Below, one piece after another: positions 9,983-20,146 of a stretch of DNA of 64,000 nucleotides. Below the pieces are notes generated by a model. The model was not told where the DNA came from and made no database searches. It saw nothing but the letters and a program-made list of their open reading frames with translations. The DNA is taken from positions 1,650,992 through 1,714,991 of the forward strand of contig CP070708.1 in NCBI GenBank assembly GCA_020350285.1, read 5' to 3'. Made by a program: the position numbers and the translations under genes. Numbering within the stretch: the first letter of the stretch is position 1; each line of letters begins with the position of its first letter. This DNA comes from Anaerolineaceae bacterium (lineage in GTDB: Bacteria > Chloroflexota > Anaerolineae > Anaerolineales > E44-bin32).

Positions 9983-10514
9983 TGGTGATGAATTTTACGG
10001 CACCTCAGAAGGCATCTATCTAGGTGCTGAGATCTTTAGGTCATCAAATCAAGACTTCAGATCCTACTGAGATCGATTAGCGTTTAGAATCGTTGATCTA
10101 TGATGACTATAGCGTCTGATTGCACGAGCATTTATACGCTCGTTGAAAGAGATATCAGAACATCTCGAAAGTAATTCGTCTCAGTATTCGCGTGAACTGA
10201 CACTTCGATATCACGCTAAGTCTCACTTATCTATCAGCACAAGATCGCTCAACTCGAAGCCCTTATACCTTGTTGACTAGATGAGATGGTTTTAATTGAA
10301 AAGGGCTATTCTATTAGGGAACCCTCAGCCTGTCCCACTTAGCACGGGGTGTCCTGTTATTTGACAACCTTTTATTGTTGAAATGCATACCGAAATGGAC
10401 TATGCTGTATTTTGTCTAGGGATTGAGAAAGCATTTCCGCGCAGTATTTCCACCGGAATATAGAACAGAAAAATGGTTGTATAGTGCGGCCACCGAGGAG
10501 GATTAATCAGGATC

Positions 10515-11552
10515 ATGAAGGAAGAAGCCTTAGCTATACCTTTCAAACCAAACTGGCTCCTCCGCTTTTTTTCCTGGGTTAATAAGCTGCCGATTCCAGC
10601 TTGGATGTTTTATCTTTTAATCCTTTTCGCGGGGGGTGCTTCACAGCATTTGTTTGCTTGGGGGAAAGGGGTTTTGGAGGTTGGTCAATTCAACATCTTT
10701 TTGGCCTTGAGCTGGATCTGGCTAATTGAACAATTGTATTATTTTGGTCATGTGAATCCACAAATTGCCCGTCAGACGCTGGATGAAATCCGTCCACAAA
10801 TGGATTTAGATGATGAAGGATTCAAAAGCTTGTCCTATGAATTCATGATGACCCCAGCATCCCCACCACTCATTTTACCTATCCTCGGTTTCTTGTTTGG
10901 CTTGCTTTTCGCTGAAACTGTTCGCCCTATTTCACCAGAAGTTAACTACACTTTTCCTGAATTTCTCTTTTTCATCTGGGGACTCACACACGCCATGACA
11001 TTTGTTTCTTGTTATGCGATCATTCGGCAGCTGCGTGTAGTAAATACAGTCATAGCAAAAAAAATTAGGGTTGATATCTATAACCTCCACTCACTCTATG
11101 GGCTCTCAAGATTAACTGCATCTATGGGGATCGCAATACTAGTGATCGCTTTCTTGACCAGCTTTATCCTTGTGCCCCAGCACATTGAAAGCACACTTCA
11201 TATTATCTTTTACCTGTCATTCTTATTATTGGCGCTGGCGGTGTTCGTTCTACCTTTGACCGAAATCAACCGCCGGTTGCGAGAGGAGAAAAACCGCTTA
11301 GTAAAAAGAGTGAACACGGAAATGAAGGATGCATTTGAAAAGGTTCGTAATGATGTTAAGTCTAACAAAATAGAGCAAATACAGTCACAAAGTATCAGCA
11401 TCGATATCATGCTTAAAGAGAAAACACTCCTTGAAAGCATTCCAACCTGGCCTTGGGCGCCGAGCACCTTTCGAGGTTTTCTTGCAGCAGTATTCTTGCC
11501 ACTCTTCTTATGGTTCGTGCAACAGTTGTTAGGACGTCTAATGGGATTTTAG
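10515..11552 (+). CDS. Polytopic membrane protein of unknown function
   Basis: Several hydrophobic segments, a C-terminal coiled region and a PTWPW motif; SD GAGGAG. Confidence 0.75.
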   Translation: MKEEALAIPFKPNWLLRFFSWVNKLPIPAWMFYLLILFAGGASQHLFAWGKGVLEVGQFNIFLALSWIWLIEQLYYFGHVNPQIARQTLDEIRPQMDLDDEGFKSLSYEFMMTPASPPLILPILGFLFGLLFAETVRPISPEVNYTFPEFLFFIWGLTHAMTFVSCYAIIRQLRVVNTVIAKKIRVDIYNLHSLYGLSRLTASMGIAILVIAFLTSFILVPQHIESTLHIIFYLSFLLLALAVFVLPLTEINRRLREEKNRLVKRVNTEMKDAFEKVRNDVKSNKIEQIQSQSISIDIMLKEKTLLESIPTWPWAPSTFRGFLAAVFLPLFLWFVQQLLGRLMGF

Positions 11553-11651
11553 AGATTTTGTCTAGGGCGAACCCCAGTGCCTTGGTTAAAAGCTATCATG
11601 CGGCTCAGAAATATATTGCCTTTGAAGAACTTATAGGAAGAGGTTTCTGAG

Positions 11652-12113
11652 ATGAAATATAAAGTCTTGGAAAATCTGGGATATCTCATCAATGGACTTT
11701 CAATAGCCGCATTCTTTTTCTTGGGGAATGTCATTGATGTCTCTCTTCCTTCGCCGCTTTATAAATACATCGGATGGATATTATTGGTGATAGGAATGTT
11801 TTTGATTGCTATCTCTACCTACACACTGATCAGCAATCGAGGAAAAGGGCTCATTGATTGGGGCATCTATGGCATTGTTCGGCACCCGATGTATGTAGGC
11901 GCAATCTTGGCATTTTTATCTTGGGTGTTTTTCATTCCACACTGGCTCACGCTGATAATCTCATCAATAAATATCGCTATTGTTTATTTGTATATTCTTC
12001 AAGGAGAACGAAGGAATACCGAACTCTTCGGTAATGATTACGAATCATATATGGAGGATGTACCAAGGATTAACTTCATAGCGGGTTTTATCAAGTCTTT
12101 ACGCAGTAGCTAG
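11652..12113 (+). CDS. Isoprenylcysteine carboxyl-methyltransferase / PEMT-family membrane protein
   Basis: LIDWGIYGIVRHPMY and FGNDYESYMEDVPR motifs. Confidence 0.85.
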   Translation: MKYKVLENLGYLINGLSIAAFFFLGNVIDVSLPSPLYKYIGWILLVIGMFLIAISTYTLISNRGKGLIDWGIYGIVRHPMYVGAILAFLSWVFFIPHWLTLIISSINIAIVYLYILQGERRNTELFGNDYESYMEDVPRINFIAGFIKSLRSS

Positions 12114-12203
12114 ATCAGGTATTCATTTGCTAGTTGTTTGTTGGTTTGAAATCATATAGAAACTCGCGAGTATTACCATCGAATCTAGAAGTCTATAGGA
12201 ATG

Positions 12204-12233
12204 AAAAAGGGGCGATAGTACCTATCGCCCCTT
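12204..12233. terminator. Intrinsic terminator between convergent genes
   Basis: AAGGGGCGATAG-tac-CTATCGCCCCTT with an A tract (U tract on the minus strand). Confidence 0.75.
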
Positions 12234-12271
12234 CAATTCTTATTGTCCTGAGGTATATCAATCCATTCTTA

Positions 12272-12793
12272 TTATTCTACTTCTTCGACCTCTTCTACTT
12301 CTGGTTCTGGGTTTGTTAAGGCTTCTGGCTCAGTTTGAAGTAGGATTTGTTTTTCAGCGGTTAATTTTGCTATTCCATTGCGAGCCTGATTGATCAACCG
12401 AGTGAGCTCAGCTTCTAAAGAACCAAGGGTTTCGATGATATAGTCATCCGCGTCTCGGCGGACAGCTTCTGCATCCGCACGAGCTTGATCGATGATCTGC
12501 TCGGCTCTAGCTTGAGCTGCCTCCACAATGGCGTCTCTCGATACGAATTCTTCCCCTTTTTTCTTCGCAAGGGCTATCGTTCGGTTGGCTTCTTCTTGGG
12601 ATTGCGCTAATACTCGATCTCGCTGAGCGAGAACTTGCTGAGCTTTCTTTACTTCCTCAGGGATCGAAATACGCATTTGGTCGATGATCTCCAACATACG
12701 ATCCTCATCCACAATCACATTGTGGGTGAGAGGGATCAAGCGACTCTCGTTAAAAAGCTCTTCCAGACGATCCACCAGGTGCAGGATGTCCAT
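12272..12793 (-). CDS. Conserved coiled-coil protein downstream of coaD (DivIVA-like / ATP synthase subunit B-like)
   Basis: MDILHLVDRLEE...IPEEVKKA followed by a long coiled coil; typical coaD neighbour. Confidence 0.75.
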   Translation of the reverse strand: MDILHLVDRLEELFNESRLIPLTHNVIVDEDRMLEIIDQMRISIPEEVKKAQQVLAQRDRVLAQSQEEANRTIALAKKKGEEFVSRDAIVEAAQARAEQIIDQARADAEAVRRDADDYIIETLGSLEAELTRLINQARNGIAKLTAEKQILLQTEPEALTNPEPEVEEVEEVE

Positions 12794-12896
12794 ATTTACC
12801 TCCGGTCCACCAATGAAGTCTATAGGACCGCCTATGATGGGTGCAAGGTTTAGACCGAAGCGTACACCAGACCGGGATTATGGTCAACTCAGGTTT

Positions 12897-13427
12897 TTAA
12901 TCCCTGAGCGAGGTCATGGGGAACATGTTCGGTCCATCTTCGCCAAGTTCTTTAAAACGTGCGGTGAGCATCTTGGCAACATGAGCTGGCACAAGGCTGC
13001 TGACATCACCGCCAAGTAAAGCGATTTCTTTCACGGTGCTTCCAGTAAGAAAGCTGTGTTCTTCGCTTGTGATGAGAGCGATGACATCGATCTCAGGCGC
13101 CAACCTGTGGTTCGCCAAAGCCATACGAAACTCATGTTCGAAATCGGAGAACACCCGCAGTCCACGTACAATTACTTGGGCGTTCACCTCACGGCAATAA
13201 TTAACGATCAATCCGCTAAACTGAGTGGCTTTTATGCGATCATTGTCAGCAAAGGTCTGGTTCACAAGCTCAAGACGCTCCTCAGGCGAAAATAGCAAGC
13301 TCTTCTGAGGTTTATCGTAGACTGCGATGATGAGTTCATCGAACAGCCGCACAGCTCTTAGGGCGATATCTATGTGTCCATAGTGGATTGGGTCAAAAGT
13401 GCCCGGGAAAACGGCTCGAACCTTCAA
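12897..13427 (-). CDS. coaD: Pantetheine-phosphate adenylyltransferase
   Basis: PGTFDPIHYGH and VRGLRVFSDFEHE motifs. Confidence 0.96.
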   Translation of the reverse strand: MKVRAVFPGTFDPIHYGHIDIALRAVRLFDELIIAVYDKPQKSLLFSPEERLELVNQTFADNDRIKATQFSGLIVNYCREVNAQVIVRGLRVFSDFEHEFRMALANHRLAPEIDVIALITSEEHSFLTGSTVKEIALLGGDVSSLVPAHVAKMLTARFKELGEDGPNMFPMTSLRD

Positions 13428-15979
13428 CTGATCTCTCCTTTTCCTGTCGTCCAGAAACGATTCATCTCTTGAACCATCGATGTGTGTTCATCACGTTCGA
13501 GAAGTGGATCATCCTTAAATATTCGTGTGGCTTCTTTACGCGCTTTTTCTATTAATTTCACATCCGTCAAGCGAGCCGTGTGAAGCTCTGCAAAGCCGTG
13601 CTGACGTGTGCCTAGGAAATCACCCGGACCGCGATGCTTCAAATCTAGATCGGCTAATATAAATCCGTCGTTTGTAGATTCCATGGCAGATAAGCGCTCA
13701 TTATCAGCCGTATCTTCACTGGCTGGAATAAGCAGGCAATAGGATTTGTGCTCGCTGCGCCCAATCCGTCCACGGAATTGGTGGAGTTGAGCGAGTCCAA
13801 AACGATTCGCTCCCTCAATAATCATCACCGTTGCGTTTGGAATATCAACCCCCACTTCAACTACTGAGGTGGAAACCAACACATGATACTCGCCAGCGCG
13901 GAATCCCGCCATAATGGTCTCTTTCTCACTTTGACGCATTCGACCATGAAGTAAGCCCAGATTGTACTCGGTGAACACTTCCTCCTGTAAATGTTGGTGC
14001 TCTTCAACCGCTGCCTTTGCTTGTATCTTCTCTGAGCCTTCAACCAGAGGGTAGATGATAAACGCTTGGTGTCCCTCTTCCAGCTGACTGATAACGAAAC
14101 GGTGAGCTCGGGACCGCTCAACTGGTGCAAGAACCCTCGTTTCAATCGCTAATCGACCTGGGGGCATCTCATCGATCACGGTTAGATCTAGATCTCCATA
14201 GATCGTAAGTGCAAGTGAACGTGGGATGGGGGTCGCTGTCATAACGATTAAATTTGGATTCTCACCTTTCTCACGTAGGGTGGCTCGTTGTTCTACCCCA
14301 AACCGGTGTTGTTCATCAATTACTACAAGGCCCAGTCGATGGAAGAGGATTGGATCCTCGAGTAAGGCGTGAGTTCCTATTACGACTGAAATGGAGCCCT
14401 CTGCCAAGCCCTCTCGGATCGTTTTTTTCTCTGATTCAGGTGTTGCACCGATTAAAAGTCGAATCTTCTCCGCTGGAATCCCAGACGAAGAAGGGAGCAA
14501 GTCCAACATTGTTTGGTAATGCTGTTCCGCCAGGATACTTGTGGGCGCCATAAACGCCGACTGGGAACCATCTGAGGTCGTGATGCCAATAGCTGCAGCA
14601 GCGATGACCGTTTTGCCTGACCCGACATCACCCTGTAGAAGTCGATTCATTGGGTGGGGGGCAGCTAAATCCTTGCGTACATCCGATAGTGCCTTCTGTT
14701 GTGCGAGGGTAAGCGTATACGGAAGGGCATTCGTGAAGTTTGTAACCCATTCATCATCTACTTGGAGAGGAGGACATTCCAATTGATCCCACTCATTCTT
14801 CTGACGTAAAACGCCAAGCTGGAGAAAGAACATCTCATCAAACGCTAAACGGTGCTGAGCTTTACGAAGCTGCTCATTGTCATCAGGGAAATGGATCTGT
14901 TGCAAGGCGACGTTAAGTGGAACGAGATCTGCAGATTGAAGAACGGATTGAGGTAGTGGATCGGGAACCCGGGGTGCCAGGCGCATGACGACAGAATGGA
15001 TAACACGGCGCAGCCATTTCGAGGTCACGCCTGCTGTGAGTGGGTAGACAGGCACGATGCGATTGGTGTGCAGTTGTTTGCGATCCAGAGCTTCCCACTC
15101 CGGATTGTTCATCGTTAATCGTCCGAGGTACTGATCCACTTTCCCAGACAGCACTATTGGACGACCAGAACGAAGTTTATCAGCGATCCAAGGTTGGTTG
15201 AACCATGTCGCTCGGAGAGAACCGGACCCATCGCTGATTACGGCTTCGACGAGTTTCATGCGACCGCTACGGACACTGCGGACTTGAATATCCTCTACCG
15301 TACCGATCACTGTGACTTCTTCGCCATACCAAAGTCGATTAATTGTCTTCAATTGGGAGTAATCATCATATCGACGAGGGAGATGCCACAGGAGATCGCC
15401 TAATGTCTCGAGGTTCAACTTTCGAAGGGTTTTTGCCGATTTTGGTCCGATACCAGCGATGGTTGTTAAGGGTGCTTCCAGCGCAGCAGGTGGTTCCGGT
15501 GGCGGAACATCCTTTTCAGGCTCCTCAACTTCCACTGTCTCCAGCTCGGTGGTGGGCACTGCGGTTGGTTTATCAACCTGGTCAAGAACCTCTATCTTCC
15601 CTGCTGCATCTTTTGTAGGTTCCACAGCGACAACGGCTTCTTCTGGCCGTCGATCCTCATCACTGGATGGTTCACTGGGCACATCGATTTCTAGCTTTAT
15701 TTCCGGGAGCCCTTTAATTTCAAGCTCGGGGAAATCTGCTTTGAGTTGCGCCTTTAAATCATCCAGGACATCTCGCCGTGAGTCTACAGAGAGTTGTGCG
15801 TAATCTTCTAGATGGGACCGTACTACCTCAACAGTTTTGTCTGGCAAACCTGTCGCCCGTGCCTCGGCTTCCCAGGGCTCCAGCATATTTTGAAGCCCGC
15901 CAACGACAGCACGGTTATCGTAACCACGATCTGTTTCCAAGTGTAAAAATTTTGTCAGTTTTTCTAAGGCTGGATTCAT
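13424..15979 (-). CDS. recG: ATP-dependent DNA helicase RecG with N-terminal extension
   Basis: MNRLLQGDVGSGKT, DEQHRFG, MTATPIPR, QFRGRIGR and RGPGDF motifs; start set to MNPALEK. Confidence 0.96.
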   Translation of the reverse strand: MNPALEKLTKFLHLETDRGYDNRAVVGGLQNMLEPWEAEARATGLPDKTVEVVRSHLEDYAQLSVDSRRDVLDDLKAQLKADFPELEIKGLPEIKLEIDVPSEPSSDEDRRPEEAVVAVEPTKDAAGKIEVLDQVDKPTAVPTTELETVEVEEPEKDVPPPEPPAALEAPLTTIAGIGPKSAKTLRKLNLETLGDLLWHLPRRYDDYSQLKTINRLWYGEEVTVIGTVEDIQVRSVRSGRMKLVEAVISDGSGSLRATWFNQPWIADKLRSGRPIVLSGKVDQYLGRLTMNNPEWEALDRKQLHTNRIVPVYPLTAGVTSKWLRRVIHSVVMRLAPRVPDPLPQSVLQSADLVPLNVALQQIHFPDDNEQLRKAQHRLAFDEMFFLQLGVLRQKNEWDQLECPPLQVDDEWVTNFTNALPYTLTLAQQKALSDVRKDLAAPHPMNRLLQGDVGSGKTVIAAAAIGITTSDGSQSAFMAPTSILAEQHYQTMLDLLPSSSGIPAEKIRLLIGATPESEKKTIREGLAEGSISVVIGTHALLEDPILFHRLGLVVIDEQHRFGVEQRATLREKGENPNLIVMTATPIPRSLALTIYGDLDLTVIDEMPPGRLAIETRVLAPVERSRAHRFVISQLEEGHQAFIIYPLVEGSEKIQAKAAVEEHQHLQEEVFTEYNLGLLHGRMRQSEKETIMAGFRAGEYHVLVSTSVVEVGVDIPNATVMIIEGANRFGLAQLHQFRGRIGRSEHKSYCLLIPASEDTADNERLSAMESTNDGFILADLDLKHRGPGDFLGTRQHGFAELHTARLTDVKLIEKARKEATRIFKDDPLLERDEHTSMVQEMNRFWTTGKGEIS

Positions 15980-16019
15980 CAGATTAACTATAAGTGGGAA
16001 GGCAGAAATGTGCCAGGGG

Positions 16020-16859
16020 CTACTTACATAGTCCAGCGAGACCGATGGCCTTAGGGCCAACATGAGTTCCGATTAATGTTGTGACATCGACAATTAAAGG
16101 TGGATTCGATGTAAGATGACGGACTTTATCAACAAATGCAGATGCTTTTTCAGGAATTCCTGAGTGCAGAACTGCAAGCCGTTCAAGCGAACCCCAAGAT
16201 TTTACATGTGAAAGGAGTTGAACGATCCCTTTCTTGTGCGTTCGCGTAATACCGAGCCTTACTACTTCGCCATCGAGAACACTAACCAGTAATTTCATCT
16301 GCAGTAGATCACCCAAACTTGCCCGAAGCCAACTTATCCTTCCACTACGTTTTAAATACTCAAGCGTATCTATGAGAGCCACCAAGCGAACCCTCTCACG
16401 AGCCGACCGGACGATCTCGAGGATAGAATCGAGAGACTCGCCTCGCAAGGAGGCTTCGGCTGCTTCCAGCACCTGAAATCCAAGTCCCAGGGTCAGCGAT
16501 TTGCTATCGAAGATCCGGACTCGATCGTCGTAGGCTTGAGCCGCTTGGCTGGCCGCGTTGATCATACCACTTAATTGAGAGGCTACATGAATGGAGAGAA
16601 TACGCTCATAACCTGAGTCCAATAACCTGCGATACCTTTCATCGAAGGCCATCGAGGAAGGAATAGCAGTTGTTGCAGGCTCGGAAAAGGTTGGCATTCG
16701 TTGGTAAAACTCTTCCCGTGAGATCTCCTCTCCATCGACATAAGTCTGACCTTCAATGATCAGAATTGCAGGCACTACGGTTATATTTAATTCCTCTACT
16801 TGATCGGTAGGTATATCAGCAATGCTATCGGTGACGATGGCGACTGATGGTTTGGTCAT
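16020..16859 (-). CDS. DegV/FakB fatty-acid-binding protein
   Basis: IVTDSIAD, LSG, LEYLKRSGRI and THVGP motifs. Confidence 0.92.
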   Translation of the reverse strand: MTKPSVAIVTDSIADIPTDQVEELNITVVPAILIIEGQTYVDGEEISREEFYQRMPTFSEPATTAIPSSMAFDERYRRLLDSGYERILSIHVASQLSGMINAASQAAQAYDDRVRIFDSKSLTLGLGFQVLEAAEASLRGESLDSILEIVRSARERVRLVALIDTLEYLKRSGRISWLRASLGDLLQMKLLVSVLDGEVVRLGITRTHKKGIVQLLSHVKSWGSLERLAVLHSGIPEKASAFVDKVRHLTSNPPLIVDVTTLIGTHVGPKAIGLAGLCK

Positions 16860-16860
16860 C

Positions 16861-17724
16861 TTATAAAGTTCCTTCTTCAGCTTCCATTACAGCTACACCA
16901 AGACTATTAAAACCGATGAAAGTCGAGAGGGAAGGTCCATAACATACCGTTTGAATGGGTGTCCTCGGATGGTAACTGCGTAAACGATCCATCATTGACA
17001 AACTTTCTTGAGTAGGTCGTTTGGAGCTTTGTAGAATAGCCAGATGTTCGACTGATGAAAACTCGCCTACAAATTCGATAAGTTTCTCGATGGCTCTTGG
17101 TCTTGAGCGGACCTTTTCCATCGGGATCATTCGCCCATCTTCCATGGTCAGGAAGGGAATAACCCCAAGCATATTTCCTAGGATGGCTTGAGAGCGGCTG
17201 ATGAGTCCGTTATGTTCCAGATAGGTTAGGTCATCGAGAAAAAAAACCATGTATAAACGGGGGATCATACCGCGAACGATACGTACGATTGATTCAAGTG
17301 TTTCTCCCCGCAAAGCGGCTTCAGCTGCCGCTTGTACGAGCCAGCCGAGCCCAATGGACGCGGATTGTGAATCGATAACTTGGATATCTACTCGACCGAG
17401 GAAATGCTGGCTGGCCACGTTGGCATTGGTCACCATCTCGTTCAATCCTGAGGATGTGTGGATGGACAGGATTTGATCCGTTCCAGATTGGAGTTGAGAG
17501 TAGATGTTTATGATATCGCCCGGGGAGGGCACCTCGGTTTGTGGGAAACTTTTACTGGCCTCAGCTAAATCCTGCATTCTCACCAAGTCGGTTTCAGTAT
17601 CATCTTGAATGGATATGGCGCCACACCGTACCGTTATCGGGGCTAATGTGATCGGATACCGATTGGGAATGCTAGGAGTGGTAAATCGTGTGCTGCTGTC
17701 GGTTACAATGCGTACCGGGGTCAT
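16861..17724 (-). CDS. DegV/FakB fatty-acid-binding protein (divergent paralog)
   Basis: IVTDSS, IDSQSASIG and LTYLEHNG motifs. Confidence 0.88.
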   Translation of the reverse strand: MTPVRIVTDSSTRFTTPSIPNRYPITLAPITVRCGAISIQDDTETDLVRMQDLAEASKSFPQTEVPSPGDIINIYSQLQSGTDQILSIHTSSGLNEMVTNANVASQHFLGRVDIQVIDSQSASIGLGWLVQAAAEAALRGETLESIVRIVRGMIPRLYMVFFLDDLTYLEHNGLISRSQAILGNMLGVIPFLTMEDGRMIPMEKVRSRPRAIEKLIEFVGEFSSVEHLAILQSSKRPTQESLSMMDRLRSYHPRTPIQTVCYGPSLSTFIGFNSLGVAVMEAEEGTL

Positions 17725-17726
17725 GG

Positions 17727-19421
17727 CTACTCGATGGACACAATCAGATGATAGTGATGTTGGCCCCCTTCGATGACCTCAACTTCTTGTTCAGGCCACC
17801 GCTGACGCAGATTATCGGCGAATTGGTCGGCTTGCATGGATGTGAGATCTGCTCCGTAGTAAAGTGTGATGAGTTCTGATTGCTCCACATTCGCTTTTTT
17901 AAGCGTTTCCATTAGCACTTTTTCTATGTCGTCCCCGGCGCATGCGAGGTGTCCATCGAGAAGGCAAATGACCTGCCCTTGTTGAACTTGCACATCGTCA
18001 ATTTCAACCGTACGAGTGGCAATGGTCAATTCAGCGGATTGAATGTCATTGAGCGAGGAATTCATCGCCTCAACAGCATTCTCGAATGAGCCTTCTCGAT
18101 CTAACGCAAACATCGCACATATCCCCTGCGGAATAGATACGGAGGGGATGACTGCGACATTCTTTACGGTCAATTCGGTGGCTTGTTTCGCGGCCATGAT
18201 GATGTTCTTATTATTTGGGAGGATGATAACCTTGTCGGTTGGTAGGTTCTCAAAGGAGTGAAGGATCTCTTCGGTGCTCGGGTTCATGGTTTGACCGCCC
18301 TCGACAAGTGCAGCGGCACCGAGGCTAGCGAAAACCCGAGCGATCCCCAAGCCGGGTGCGACTGCGACGACAGCGATCTGACCTGGCCCAACAGGTTCCA
18401 GAGGTATGTTTTGCATCTGTTGTTGAGTGGTCTGGTAGGTCATCTGCTCCATCAAATTCTCAATCGAGACGTTGGTGATGGTGCCAAGCTCATCGATGTA
18501 TTCAATGGGCTTAAACCGCAATTCATCTGGTACATGGATGTGCATGCGGTAAAGGCCTTCTCCCTCACCAACCTGGATGGAGGTTCCCATCTGATCAAGT
18601 TCTTCATAAAATTCATTCACTTGGAGGGGAGCTTTAGGTCGGAAATCAACAATGACCTCCCAATCCTGACCTGGTTCTATGGCCTCAGAAGCGCGATCGA
18701 GATTAAGCGCGCTAAGTGGTTGGACCGCCGTAAGAGGTTGGTCGAGTGGTAGTCGCGAGATCGCTCGTAAAATTCCTTCAAATAAGAAGAACAGCCCCAT
18801 CCCTCCACTATCGACCACTCCGGCTTCTTTGAGAACTGGAAGCAGCTCTGGTGTCCGTTCGACAGATTCGTCAGCAGCGTTCACGATACGTTCTAGCATC
18901 TCAAAAGCAGATTGTACGCCGTCATCAATCGCTGCTTGCGCAGCTAAAGCGATGTCCTTAGACACAGTCAGGATAGTACCTTCTACCGGCCTAACGACGC
19001 CCTTATAAGCAGTCTCACGTGCTTCGTCCAAGGCTTTGGCAAGTGTTTTAACATCCATCATCTCCTGACCATCGAGCGCTCGCGCGAAGCCGCGCCACAG
19101 CTGTGAAAGTATCACGCCCGAGTTTCCACGAGCGCCCATTAATGCGCCATGAGCGATTGCATGAGCGATATCCCCAATGGAACGGTCGCTAACACCTTCG
19201 GTTTCATCCATGGCTGCCTGCATTGTGAGGACCATGTTTGTCCCGGTGTCGCCATCAGGTACGGGGAACACATTGAGTGAATTCACGAGTTGCTGGTTTG
19301 TGCGTAACCAACATAGACCGGTGTCTGCGACACGGCGTAATGCGCGACCGTCTAACTCACGGTAGCGTTCGACTAACCTTCGACGCATTTCGGTGTCCAT
19401 CTGTGCCTGCGCTTCTAACAT
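17727..19421 (-). CDS. DAK2-domain fatty acid kinase subunit (FakA/YloV)
   Basis: LNVFPVPDGDTGTNM, GARGNSGVILSQ, GGQTMNPST and LPNNKNI motifs. Confidence 0.94.
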   Translation of the reverse strand: MLEAQAQMDTEMRRRLVERYRELDGRALRRVADTGLCWLRTNQQLVNSLNVFPVPDGDTGTNMVLTMQAAMDETEGVSDRSIGDIAHAIAHGALMGARGNSGVILSQLWRGFARALDGQEMMDVKTLAKALDEARETAYKGVVRPVEGTILTVSKDIALAAQAAIDDGVQSAFEMLERIVNAADESVERTPELLPVLKEAGVVDSGGMGLFFLFEGILRAISRLPLDQPLTAVQPLSALNLDRASEAIEPGQDWEVIVDFRPKAPLQVNEFYEELDQMGTSIQVGEGEGLYRMHIHVPDELRFKPIEYIDELGTITNVSIENLMEQMTYQTTQQQMQNIPLEPVGPGQIAVVAVAPGLGIARVFASLGAAALVEGGQTMNPSTEEILHSFENLPTDKVIILPNNKNIIMAAKQATELTVKNVAVIPSVSIPQGICAMFALDREGSFENAVEAMNSSLNDIQSAELTIATRTVEIDDVQVQQGQVICLLDGHLACAGDDIEKVLMETLKKANVEQSELITLYYGADLTSMQADQFADNLRQRWPEQEVEVIEGGQHHYHLIVSIE

Positions 19422-19438
19422 CCCAATTCGAAACCTTA

Positions 19439-19798
19439 CTAGATCTCAGTATCGCTGATTCGCAGATCCTGGACATGCACATTCACTGCGGCTACAGGTA
19501 AGCCGATGGCCTTCTCGACGTGGTAGTGCACTGTGTTGGCAACGCTGGCGGCTACAGATGAGATACGGGTTCCATATTCGATGACGACATACAAGTCTAT
19601 GGTGATTAAATCTTCGATGACATTGACATGGACCCCGTGCTCAGGACTGCGCGTAAAGACTTGGGCGATCTCATTTGCCAAGTTTCTACAAGTCAATCCG
19701 ACCACACCATACGACTGAATCGCGGCTTGACAGGCAATTGTAGCAATCGCGTGTGGAGATATCGTTATTCGACCTATTGTTGTTGTCTCACCAGTCAT
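19439..19798 (-). CDS. Asp23/Gls24-family protein (YloU-like)
   Basis: YGVVG, IDLYVVIEYG and VNVHVQ motifs; between rpmB and fakA. Confidence 0.92.
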   Translation of the reverse strand: MTGETTTIGRITISPHAIATIACQAAIQSYGVVGLTCRNLANEIAQVFTRSPEHGVHVNVIEDLITIDLYVVIEYGTRISSVAASVANTVHYHVEKAIGLPVAAVNVHVQDLRISDTEI

Positions 19799-19831
19799 CT
19801 AACTTACCTTTGAATTCGATTCTAAGTTTCT

Positions 19832-19860
19832 TTGATGGTCTAATCAACCTATGGTATGAT
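19832..19860 (+). promoter_or_regulatory. Promoter of rpmB
   Basis: TTGATG-N17-TATGAT. Confidence 0.6.
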
Positions 19861-19910
19861 TACGCCCGCGAATTTATTTGAACACTCCTTTGAAAGGATT
19901 TTTGTATCTG

Positions 19911-20096
19911 ATGGCTAGATGTGAGAATTGTGGTAAAACGACGAAATTTGGACAGAGTCGAAGTTTCTCAATGAAAGCTACGAAACGCAAGTTTCGCCCG
20001 AACCTCCAGAAAGTGAAAGTCATGGAGGGTGGTCGCATGGTCCAGAAGACGCTCTGTGCGAAATGCATCAAGCGACTCTCAATGGTCAAAGTCTGA
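19911..20096 (+). CDS. rpmB: 50S ribosomal protein L28 (Zn-ribbon form)
   Basis: MARCENCGK...RKFRPNLQ...LCAKCIK. Confidence 0.96.
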   Translation: MARCENCGKTTKFGQSRSFSMKATKRKFRPNLQKVKVMEGGRMVQKTLCAKCIKRLSMVKV

Positions 20097-20146
20097 TCCA
20101 CCTCTCCTACCTGTATTAACACCGTCCATGGCCGCCGCCTCGGCGG

